The notes beneath the pieces are model-generated. The model saw only the letters and a list, made by a program, of their open reading frames with translations, ran no database searches and was not told the origin of the DNA. The position numbers and the translations under genes were made by a program. From NCBI GenBank assembly GCA_030618605.1, contig JAUXDC010000003.1:1-40696 (forward strand): a stretch of 40,696 bases of DNA, in the 5' to 3' direction. Source of the stretch: Holophagae bacterium (GTDB lineage Bacteria > Acidobacteriota > Thermoanaerobaculia > Thermoanaerobaculales > Sulfomarinibacteraceae). Of this stretch, positions 10,018-18,042 are shown in pieces (position 1 is the stretch's first letter; each line of letters begins with the position of its first letter).

Positions 10018-10541
10018 GCGCGATCGACACCCGGATCCTTTTCACCATCATCGTCGCCCTGGTGGGCGTGGAGCGTATCTTCGAGCTTGTGCTCTCCGAG
10101 CGCAACGCCCGCCGCACTCTGGGGCGCGGCGGGATTGAGCACGCCCAACCCATCCATTGGACGGTCGTGGTATTCCACATTCTTTGGATGGCGGCAATGC
10201 CAGTCGAGGTATGGTTCTTTGATCGACCATGGTTTCCTCTCCTCGCCGGAGTCTGCGCCTTTCTCGTGGTGGGATGCATGATTCTGCGGTACTGGGCCGT
10301 GACCACCCTCGGCGATCGATGGAATACCCGCATCATCACGGTCCCCGGCGAACGACCCGAAACCGGCGGACCCTTCAGACTCTTTCGTCACCCCAATTAT
10401 GTGGCGGTCTATGTGGAACTATTCGCTCTGCCGTTGTTACATGGCGCCTGGTTGACTGCCGCCATTATCGGCACGATAAATTCGATCCTCATCCTCATCA
10501 AGGCCCGCGCGGAAGACAGTGCGTTGGAGAGCACGCCATGA
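10011..10541 (+). CDS. Isoprenylcysteine carboxyl methyltransferase-family membrane methyltransferase (SrsB/BpsB-like)
   Basis: ERIFELVLSERN, LGDRWNTRII and GPFRLFRHPNY. Its start overlaps the PKS end. Confidence 0.9.
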   Translation: MVGAIDTRILFTIIVALVGVERIFELVLSERNARRTLGRGGIEHAQPIHWTVVVFHILWMAAMPVEVWFFDRPWFPLLAGVCAFLVVGCMILRYWAVTTLGDRWNTRIITVPGERPETGGPFRLFRHPNYVAVYVELFALPLLHGAWLTAAIIGTINSILILIKARAEDSALESTP

Positions 10542-10831
10542 ACGACGCCTACATCCTCGCCGGCATCCGAGATGTCGCCCGCAAGCATGTTGGATGGGAA
10601 GGCCCCATCGAGCCGGACATGCGCCTGGTCGAAGACCTCTCTCTGGATTCCATCAAGCTACTGACCCTGGCGATCGAGGTGGAAAACCGCTTCCAGATCT
10701 GCCTTGACCCGGAGAGGGACCACGAGCTGATCACCGTGGCGGACCTTGTTGCGGCGATCAGCCAGCAAACCTCCGCCAAGCTTAGAGCTGAAGAAGGGAA
10801 TGACCGTAGAGGCACAGAGGACACACAATGA
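10538..10831 (+). CDS. Acyl carrier protein
   Basis: MNDAYIL...LVEDLSLDSIKLLTLAIEVENRF carries the phosphopantetheine Ser motif (LDS). It is ATGA-coupled to the upstream gene and corresponds to the C-terminal part of ORF 10229..10831. Confidence 0.9.
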   Translation: MNDAYILAGIRDVARKHVGWEGPIEPDMRLVEDLSLDSIKLLTLAIEVENRFQICLDPERDHELITVADLVAAISQQTSAKLRAEEGNDRRGTEDTQ

Positions 10832-10861
10832 ACACAACAAAGACAAAAACGCAGAGGCACG

Positions 10862-12610
10862 TTGAACCTTAACACCATGCTCGACCGGGCGGCGGAGATC
10901 CCCGGACACGGACTGCGGCTGTTGGATCGCTCAGAGCGAGAGACCTGGCTGTCCTGGTCCGACGTGCGATTACGGGCCGGCCGGGTCTGCGGCAGTCTTC
11001 GCCGGCTCGGCATCAAACCGGGCGAACGGGTCGCCTTGATCTACCCGACAGGCCCTGAGTTCTTCGACGCCTTCTTCGGAATCCTCCTGGCGGGCGCAGT
11101 TCCAGTGCCCCTCTACCCTCCTGTCAGACTCGGCCGATTGACCGAATATCACGAACGTACGGCGCGCATGCTTCAAGCGGTCGATGCCCGCCTGGTCCTC
11201 AGCGATCGATGGGTTGGACGGATCCTCGGCCGGACAATCGCTCTCGCCCGGCCCGCCCTCGGTTGCCGGAACCTCGATGAACTGGAAGACTCGACTCTGG
11301 GTCCTGTCGATATCACTACCGATGACCTGGCGTTGGTCCAGTTTTCCTCCGGAACGACCGTTGACCCCAAGCCGGTCGCCCTCTCTCATCGAGCCCTGTT
11401 GGCCCAGACATTGACCCTCAACTCGTTCTGGCCAGAGACGGAGACCCAGAACCACACCGGCGTCAGCTGGCTCCCCCTTTACCACGACATGGGACTGATC
11501 GGCTGTGTTCTTCCGGCCCTCGAGCGGCCTGCGACGTTGACTTTGATTCCACCCGAGGTCTTCGTGGCCCGGCCGGCCGTCTGGTTGCAGACGATCTCCC
11601 GCTACCGCGCAACGATTTCACCGGCACCCAATTTTGCCTACGGCCTCTGCGTCGACAAGATCTCCGACGAAGACCTCGAGGGTGTTGATCTCGGATCATG
11701 GAGAGTGGCCCTCAACGGCGCCGAACCAGTGGCGCCAAGGGTTCTGCGCGCATTTCTGAAACGCTTCGGGACCTATGGTTTTGCCGCCGAGGCCTTGACT
11801 CCGGTCTACGGCCTTTCGGAGGCGGCCCTTGCTGTGACCTTTTCCGATCTCGACCGCGTCTTCACGACGACCCGTTTCGATCGCCACGACCTCGCTGCAG
11901 ACGGCACGGCAAAAGAAACACCTGACGGCATCGAGTTGGTTTCCGTAGGTCGACCCCTGCCCGGTTTCGATATCCGGATAGTGGATGATAACCGCAAGGA
12001 AATTTCTTCAAGTCGGGTAGGCCGGATACATGTCCGTGGGCCATCTTTGATGGAGGGCTACCTCGGATGCCCGAAAGCCACCTTCCAGGTCCTACGAGAC
12101 GACTGGCTCGATACCGGCGACCTGGGATTTCAATATGAAAACGAACTCTACCTGACGGGCCGAGCCAAGGACTTGCTCATTTTGCGCGGACGTAACCACG
12201 CTCCGTCCGAGGTCGAACAGGCCGTCGATACCGTCGAAGGGGTGCGCACCGGGTGTGCCGTGGCCGTCAGCCATCTTGAGGAAGGCACGGATGGGGAGGT
12301 CCTCCTGGTCTTTGTCGAGGCACGCGGCAACACCTCGGGTGACAGTTATCACAGTATCGGCATCTCCTGTAGCCAGGCCATTCTTGCCGCCACCGGTCTC
12401 TACGCCGAACGAGTGGTCGTACTTGAACCCGGCACCCTTCCCCGAACCTCGTCAGGCAAGCTCCGTCGCCAGGAAACTCTGCGTCTCCATCAGTGCGGCG
12501 AACTCGAACCATCCAAGCCGGTGACCCCGCTCCGAGTGGCCGGGGCCATGGCACAATCGGCCGTGGCATACGCACAGCTGAACTGGAATAACCGTGGTCG
12601 TAAGAGTTAG
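10862..12610 (+). CDS. Fatty acyl-AMP ligase (FAAL)
   Basis: QFSSGTTVDPK, SWLPLYHDMGLIG, PNFAY, NGAEPV, YGLSEA followed by a FAAL-type insertion, DTGDLG and LPRTSSGKLRR. Confidence 0.92.
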   Translation: MNLNTMLDRAAEIPGHGLRLLDRSERETWLSWSDVRLRAGRVCGSLRRLGIKPGERVALIYPTGPEFFDAFFGILLAGAVPVPLYPPVRLGRLTEYHERTARMLQAVDARLVLSDRWVGRILGRTIALARPALGCRNLDELEDSTLGPVDITTDDLALVQFSSGTTVDPKPVALSHRALLAQTLTLNSFWPETETQNHTGVSWLPLYHDMGLIGCVLPALERPATLTLIPPEVFVARPAVWLQTISRYRATISPAPNFAYGLCVDKISDEDLEGVDLGSWRVALNGAEPVAPRVLRAFLKRFGTYGFAAEALTPVYGLSEAALAVTFSDLDRVFTTTRFDRHDLAADGTAKETPDGIELVSVGRPLPGFDIRIVDDNRKEISSSRVGRIHVRGPSLMEGYLGCPKATFQVLRDDWLDTGDLGFQYENELYLTGRAKDLLILRGRNHAPSEVEQAVDTVEGVRTGCAVAVSHLEEGTDGEVLLVFVEARGNTSGDSYHSIGISCSQAILAATGLYAERVVVLEPGTLPRTSSGKLRRQETLRLHQCGELEPSKPVTPLRVAGAMAQSAVAYAQLNWNNRGRKS

Positions 12611-12661
12611 GCCGAAAAGGGTGAAGGCTGTCAGCTATGGGCTTGGTCGTATGCAAGATCC

Positions 12662-13069
12662 ACCACAGAGACGCAGAGAACACGGAGGAACACAGAGGGC
12701 AGGCCCAAGGCGCTCCGGGCGTCCGCCCGCCCGCTGTGCGAGCTCGCCTGATGGCCTACCGGTCGCCTCGTGCACAAGCGTCCCGTTCGACGGCCCGGCC
12801 ATCAGAACGCAAATTTCACTCGCTTCGGCGGACCACACCGACAAATGTGCTCTTCAAAGGGTTCCGACAGCGTGCGCCCGAGTCCAGCTGCACGCGAAGC
12901 GTGTCAGGCAGAGGAGAGGCGGGCGACAAGAACAAGTTCTTGGAGGCCGTTTCTCTTTCTGCCGTGTGCGGACGGAGTCCGCATGCCGGGCGTGGAACTG
13001 GGGTGATGTCAGAATCACACTCTGTGTTGTTCTTCTCTGTGTTCTCTGTGTTCTCTGTGTCTCTGTGGT
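12662..13069. repeat. About 410-bp element bounded by inverted CACAGAG-type tandem repeats (REP/MITE-like)
   Basis: The left end ACCACAGAGACGCAGAGAACACGGAGGAACACAGAG nearly matches the reverse complement of the right end (13035-13069). There is an internal perfect inverted repeat CTGATGGCC/GGCCATCAG. Confidence 0.75.
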
Positions 13070-13118
13070 TATTGTTTTCGGGAACTATGTCTCACGAATC
13101 AAAGCCATGGGCACCTAA

Positions 13119-14228
13119 GTGGCCACGTTTTACGACCTCGTCATCGTGGGGGGCGGCCCAGCAGGGCTTGCGGCCGCCATCGAAGCGCAGATGGCCGGCT
13201 TGAACGTCGTCGTTCTCGACCGCAGCCGACCGCCGATTGACCGTGCCTGTGGAGAAGGCATCATGCCGGACGGCATTGCTCGTCTCCACTCTCTCGGCGT
13301 GGAACCGCCTCCGAAGGGCAGTTCACCTTTCAGAGGTATCCGCTATATCGACGGCGACACCGTAGCCGAAGGCCTTTTCCCCAGCTCTGCCGGTTACGGA
13401 ATCCGCAGAACCCATCTCCATCAAGCACTGGTGGATCGAGCCGAGGTCGTGGGTGTTGAGCTTCACTGGGACACGGAGGTCACGGGTCTTCATGCCGACC
13501 ATGTTCAGACGTCAAAAGGCCCGGTCTGCGGCCGATTCCTGATCGGGTCCGACGGGCGCCACTCGAAGGTACGAAAATGGGCAGGTCTCGACCGCGGTCC
13601 CGCCCCCGGCGCTCGATTCGGCATCCGGCGCCATTTCACCATCGAACACTGGACCGATCTGGTCGAGGTCTACTGGGCCGACGGGTCCGAAGCCTACGTC
13701 ACTCCGGTGGGTCCCAACACGGTTGGGGTCGCCATCTTGTGGCACAAGCAGGCGACGTCCTTTGATCAACTCCTGACACGCTTCCCACGGCTCAGCGACC
13801 GGCTTCAGGGGGCGCCCGTCACAACAATCGATCGCGGCGCCGGACCTCTGGAACAACGGAGCCGGGCCGTCGTTCGTGGAAATCTGGCCCTGCTTGGAGA
13901 CGCCTCAGGTTCGCTTGACGCCATCACCGGCGAAGGTCTGACTCTGGCGTTTCACCAGGCTCACGCCCTCGTGGAGGCGATCAAGACCAGCAATCTCAAG
14001 TCATACGGGAACGCCCATCGCAAACTGCGCCGCCAAGCACGTCTGGTGACCTGCTTGGTGCTCTTTGCCGAAGCTCGCCCCCGCTTGCGGCGGCGCATGG
14101 TTCGGGCACTGGCCGCCGAACCCGCTCTTTTCTCCCGCTTTCTCGAAATCCTGGTGGACAGACTCCCCCTTTCCAGCCTGGGCGCCGGAAATATCTTCCG
14201 GTTGGCACGACGTCTGGTCGCGCCATGA
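13119..14228 (+). CDS. FAD-dependent oxidoreductase/monooxygenase (SrsC/FtpE-like)
   Basis: GGGPAG Rossmann motif, ACGEGIMP, DGRHS and LLGDASGSLDAITGEG. Confidence 0.88.
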   Translation: MATFYDLVIVGGGPAGLAAAIEAQMAGLNVVVLDRSRPPIDRACGEGIMPDGIARLHSLGVEPPPKGSSPFRGIRYIDGDTVAEGLFPSSAGYGIRRTHLHQALVDRAEVVGVELHWDTEVTGLHADHVQTSKGPVCGRFLIGSDGRHSKVRKWAGLDRGPAPGARFGIRRHFTIEHWTDLVEVYWADGSEAYVTPVGPNTVGVAILWHKQATSFDQLLTRFPRLSDRLQGAPVTTIDRGAGPLEQRSRAVVRGNLALLGDASGSLDAITGEGLTLAFHQAHALVEAIKTSNLKSYGNAHRKLRRQARLVTCLVLFAEARPRLRRRMVRALAAEPALFSRFLEILVDRLPLSSLGAGNIFRLARRLVAP

Positions 14229-16396
14229 AAATCCGAGATCTTGCGGCGGTTCTTCTGCTGGCGATGGTCATTCCGGCCCTGTTTTTCGTCAATCAGGTGA
14301 CTGTGGACAATCGGCTCGAGCGGTGGCAGGGCAGCAATCCAGCAGACGCCAGGGTGTATAACGATTTCAAAGAAACATTCGGCAGCGACGAGTTTGTCCT
14401 GATCGCACTCTGGGACGGGCCGCTCTTTGAACCTGAAGCCCTGGACATCATGGTGGAAGTTGCCGAGACGATCGAAAGGATCCCAGGCATCATCCGGGTC
14501 CAGGGTCTGCCCGTGATCTACCGGGACCTCTTCGGGGGCGAAGATGCCGAGGCTCTCAAAGAAGAAATGACCTCGACACCCTTCTATCGTGACCTCTTCA
14601 TCTCTTCAGGCGGCGAGACGACCGCCATCGTGGCGACCGTCACCCCCCCCGATGACCCACGGGGACGACGGATGATCATGGCCGGCATCCGTGAAGCGGT
14701 GAAGCCTCTGGAAGCGGCCGGTTTTACGACGGGCCTGGTGGGTTCGACGGCTCTGATCGACACTCTGGACCGGATGTCGGAAACTGAGAGCCAAAGAGCC
14801 TTTGTCGTGGCCCTGCTGATGTCTCTTCTGGCACTGGCCGTGCTCTCACGATCGGTCCGCGTGATGATGGTGGCCGCGACATGTGCCGCAATCGCTGTCA
14901 TCCTGACGATAGCAATCCTGGTGCTCACCGGCCACACGCTCAACATGATCACCTCCGTACTGCCGGCGCTGCTGTGGGTGCTTGCCCTGTCGGGCATCAT
15001 TCACCTGATACGCCGGTTCCGCCACCACCGTGTCGATCTCGGAATGGATCAGGCCGTGCAGATGGCCCTGAGCGATACCACCCGCCCGATGATGCTCGCC
15101 TCGATCACGACCGCAGCGGGCTTCCTCTCACTGGTGGCAGCCGGCATGGAACCGGTACGGGAACTGGGTCTCTTCGCGGCCGTAGGTATTCTCGTGTCCC
15201 TGGCCATCAATCTCCTGGTGGGCCCCTTCCTGATTCGCCTTCTGCAGGTGCCCCAGGCCGCCACGGCTGCGGATCCGGAATTCCACGGTCGATGGCTTCA
15301 CCTGGGGTCCTCCCGGCCACGCACCGTCATCGCCGCCGCCCTGCTGCTGATCCTCGGCGCCCTCGCCGGGCTGCCCTTCGTTCAGGTCGCTTCGAATCCC
15401 ATCGGCTTCCTGCCTGAGGACCATCCGACCTCGGTCGACTACCGGAGAGTCGCCAAAAGTCTTGGAGGTTTCTACACCCTTGAGGTCATCCTCAATCTAC
15501 CGGGGACTTGGACTGACCCCGCTCAATGGGCACCCATCGACACCATCGTTGGAGACCTCGGCGCATCGCCCATTGTTGCCCGTGTCATCTCCCCGCTGGA
15601 CGTCTTGCGGAAGCTCCATCAATGGGATGAGGCTATGAACCCTGCTGCGTATCGCCTACCGCACTCGCTCACCGCCGCCGAGGCCCTTCTCGAGAATCTC
15701 AACCAGGAAGGTCGGGAGATGCTCGACAGCCTCGTCACGGGGGACGGAACCACGATCCGTCTGTCGGCAATCGTCAACGAAATGGATGAACTGAAATTCC
15801 TGGATCTCGTTGAGCAGACCCGGCAGGCCTTGGGTGATATGCCGACCGGTTTTTCCGGTTGGGTCACCGGCCAGGTACTGCAGTTGGTCAACGCCCAGCA
15901 GGCCCTGATCACCAGCCAACTGCGGAGCCTGGGCCTGGCCCTGCTGGTGGTATTCACAGTCATCGCGATCGGTCTTCGTTCAGCCCGGTTGACGGCACTC
16001 TCCGTGCTGCCCAACGTCATACCGTTGCTGGCTGCATTCGCCCTGATGGCCGTCGCCGGCATCACACTCGATGCAGCTACTGTCATGGTGGCGTCCATCG
16101 CCCTGGGTATTGCGGTCGACGACACCGTGCACCTCCTGGTGGCCATCAGTCGAGAGGAAAAGAACGGCGCCGCCACCGATCGTCTGCGTCACGCCCTCGA
16201 ACACGTCGGGGCCGCGATGGTCTTGACCACCGTCGCCGCCTGTATCGGCTTTTTTGCCCTGATGACCTCCGCATTCGTTCCCATCCGGTCTTTCGGTTTG
16301 CTTTCGGGAACAGCGATGATCGTAGCTCTCGCCGCCGGTCTGTGGTTGGTTCCGGCGCTGTTGGTTTCTTTTTTCAGAGAAAGAGGGATTGAATGA
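14225..16396 (+). CDS. MMPL/RND-superfamily lipid exporter
   Basis: Two transmembrane bundles separated by periplasmic loops, with SITTAAGFLSL and IALGIAVDDTVH. ATGA-coupled to the oxidoreductase. Confidence 0.88.
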   Translation: MKIRDLAAVLLLAMVIPALFFVNQVTVDNRLERWQGSNPADARVYNDFKETFGSDEFVLIALWDGPLFEPEALDIMVEVAETIERIPGIIRVQGLPVIYRDLFGGEDAEALKEEMTSTPFYRDLFISSGGETTAIVATVTPPDDPRGRRMIMAGIREAVKPLEAAGFTTGLVGSTALIDTLDRMSETESQRAFVVALLMSLLALAVLSRSVRVMMVAATCAAIAVILTIAILVLTGHTLNMITSVLPALLWVLALSGIIHLIRRFRHHRVDLGMDQAVQMALSDTTRPMMLASITTAAGFLSLVAAGMEPVRELGLFAAVGILVSLAINLLVGPFLIRLLQVPQAATAADPEFHGRWLHLGSSRPRTVIAAALLLILGALAGLPFVQVASNPIGFLPEDHPTSVDYRRVAKSLGGFYTLEVILNLPGTWTDPAQWAPIDTIVGDLGASPIVARVISPLDVLRKLHQWDEAMNPAAYRLPHSLTAAEALLENLNQEGREMLDSLVTGDGTTIRLSAIVNEMDELKFLDLVEQTRQALGDMPTGFSGWVTGQVLQLVNAQQALITSQLRSLGLALLVVFTVIAIGLRSARLTALSVLPNVIPLLAAFALMAVAGITLDAATVMVASIALGIAVDDTVHLLVAISREEKNGAATDRLRHALEHVGAAMVLTTVAACIGFFALMTSAFVPIRSFGLLSGTAMIVALAAGLWLVPALLVSFFRERGIE

Positions 16397-16428
16397 GGGA
16401 AGAAATAGATACTGGATACCGGAGGTGA

Positions 16429-16591
16429 GGAGCGTGTAGGGCATTAACGGCGGATGGATTTCGGAGGGTCGTGAAGTGCCATTTTGAGACGAATTCGAGG
16501 CGCTGTACTCTCTGTACGGGCAGAGGATACAACGAAAAAGGGCCTTCACGACACCCGAAAGGCACCGGTGATTTAATGCCCTACACCCTCC
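16429..16591. mobile_element. MITE-like palindromic element, copy 1
   Basis: 19-bp terminal inverted repeats GGAGCGTGTAGGGCATTAA / TTAATGCCCTACACCCTCC (18 of 19 match). It is homologous to 20743-20908. Confidence 0.78.
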
Positions 16592-16686
16592 GAGGAACCG
16601 ACGCCGGGCCGAAGGCCTGCCGAGCCGAAGGCTTGGACCCGCGAAGCGGGTGGCGTGGGCAAGGAACTGGACTCCCAAGCCTGCAG

Positions 16687-17436
16687 GTGCTCCCTGAGCT
16701 GAAGCATTCCACAAGGTGGTTCAAAATCCACCTGCTGACCCTGTGCTTCATCCTCGCATCCCTGGGTGCGTCGGCCGAGAGTCCGTGCAATCCGGAATCC
16801 ATCACCGCCGCCCAGTTGACGTACGACCTTGAGGCGGCAATCCCGGTCCTTGAGGCCTGTGAACTCGAGGCGCCGGTCAGAACCGGCGATGCCCACCGTG
16901 AACTGGTGGCCCGAGCAGCCCTACTGGTCGCTGAGTTGCACCGCATCGATTTTGAGGCGGCGCCCAAATCGGAACGACCCGAACGGAGGGCTCTCGGCAT
17001 ACTGATCGACGATGCAGCCGACACTGGACTGAAAAGCCTCAAAGACCTCCCGGAGACCTCGGAGCGACTTCGGCTCGAGGCCGATCTGCTGGCCACCAAG
17101 ATCCGTTCGGACTTCCGTGCCAAAAAGTACGGCAAGAAGATGAAGGCCGCTGCCGCCAGAGCTCTTGAACTCGATCCCTCAAGCGCCTGCGCCATCGTCT
17201 CCCAGGCCAAACCCTTCCTCTTCGCCGAGACCCGCCACGGCGGGGATCTCGATGAGGCAATCCGGCTGTTGGGAGAGGCGCTGGCACTTGAGCCCGCGCT
17301 CGAGAGCGCCCTACTCCTCCGGGCGTTGGCCTACGAACGAAATGGAAAGACCGAGGCCTCCCGGAAGGACCTGACAGCCGCCTTGGCCACCAATCCACAG
17401 TGCCGACCCGCGCGCGAGCGCCTCAAAGACCGGTAG
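16687..17436 (+). CDS. Secreted tetratricopeptide-repeat protein (start uncertain)
   Basis: Signal-like segment IHLLTLCFILASLGASA and TPR-like helices RALELDP and EALALEP. The upstream part of ORF 16471 runs through the MITE and is probably not coding. Confidence 0.68.
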   Translation: MLPELKHSTRWFKIHLLTLCFILASLGASAESPCNPESITAAQLTYDLEAAIPVLEACELEAPVRTGDAHRELVARAALLVAELHRIDFEAAPKSERPERRALGILIDDAADTGLKSLKDLPETSERLRLEADLLATKIRSDFRAKKYGKKMKAAAARALELDPSSACAIVSQAKPFLFAETRHGGDLDEAIRLLGEALALEPALESALLLRALAYERNGKTEASRKDLTAALATNPQCRPARERLKDR

Positions 17437-17514
17437 GAACCTCTGCGTCGTACGGCTACCCGGTTTGTGTCTGCTACCCTCAAAATCGATTCTTCAAATC
17501 CCGGAGGTTGAATT

Positions 17515-18033
17515 ATGAAAAAACTCGTTGGTTTCATGCTGGCTTTGGCCGCCATGGCTGCTGTGCCCGCTAACGCTCAAAGCAGCAATGTTTTTTACGG
17601 CGGCGGTATCGGCCTGAGCTTCGGCACGATCGACTACATCGAGGTGGCGCCGATGATCGGCATCCAGGTGACGGATGAGTTCTCGACCGGCATCAATCTC
17701 CTCTACCGCTACCGGGACGACTCCAGATACAGCCCCAGCCTGTCGACCAACGATTACGGAGGCGGGTTATTCGCTCGTTATCGATTCCTTCCTAGCCTTT
17801 TTGCCCAGACAGAGTACGAATACCTCAGTTTCGAGTATTACGACTTCGACGGGAACACGGAGAGAGACACTTACTCCAGCTTTCTTGTTGGGGGCGGGCT
17901 ATCCCAGCCAATGGGCCACAATGTTGCGCTCAACGCCGTCGTCCTCTACAACATCTCCTACTCCGACTCTGATTTCTACCGGCCGTACGACAGCCCCTGG
18001 GTGGTCAGGGTCGGTGTTTCGGCCGGGTTTTGA
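17515..18033 (+). CDS. Small outer-membrane beta-barrel protein
   Basis: Signal peptide ending ANA, alternating aromatic/Gly strands and a terminal Phe (GVSAGF). RBS GGAGG. Confidence 0.75.
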   Translation: MKKLVGFMLALAAMAAVPANAQSSNVFYGGGIGLSFGTIDYIEVAPMIGIQVTDEFSTGINLLYRYRDDSRYSPSLSTNDYGGGLFARYRFLPSLFAQTEYEYLSFEYYDFDGNTERDTYSSFLVGGGLSQPMGHNVALNAVVLYNISYSDSDFYRPYDSPWVVRVGVSAGF

Positions 18034-18042
18034 GGAGGACCC

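Noticed and set aside
12637-13203. 188-aa ORF (and overlapping ORFs) between the FAAL and oxidoreductase genes
   Set aside because: The translation consists of repeat-derived low-complexity sequence (HHRDAENTEEHR, SVFSVFSVSLW) with no recognisable domain.
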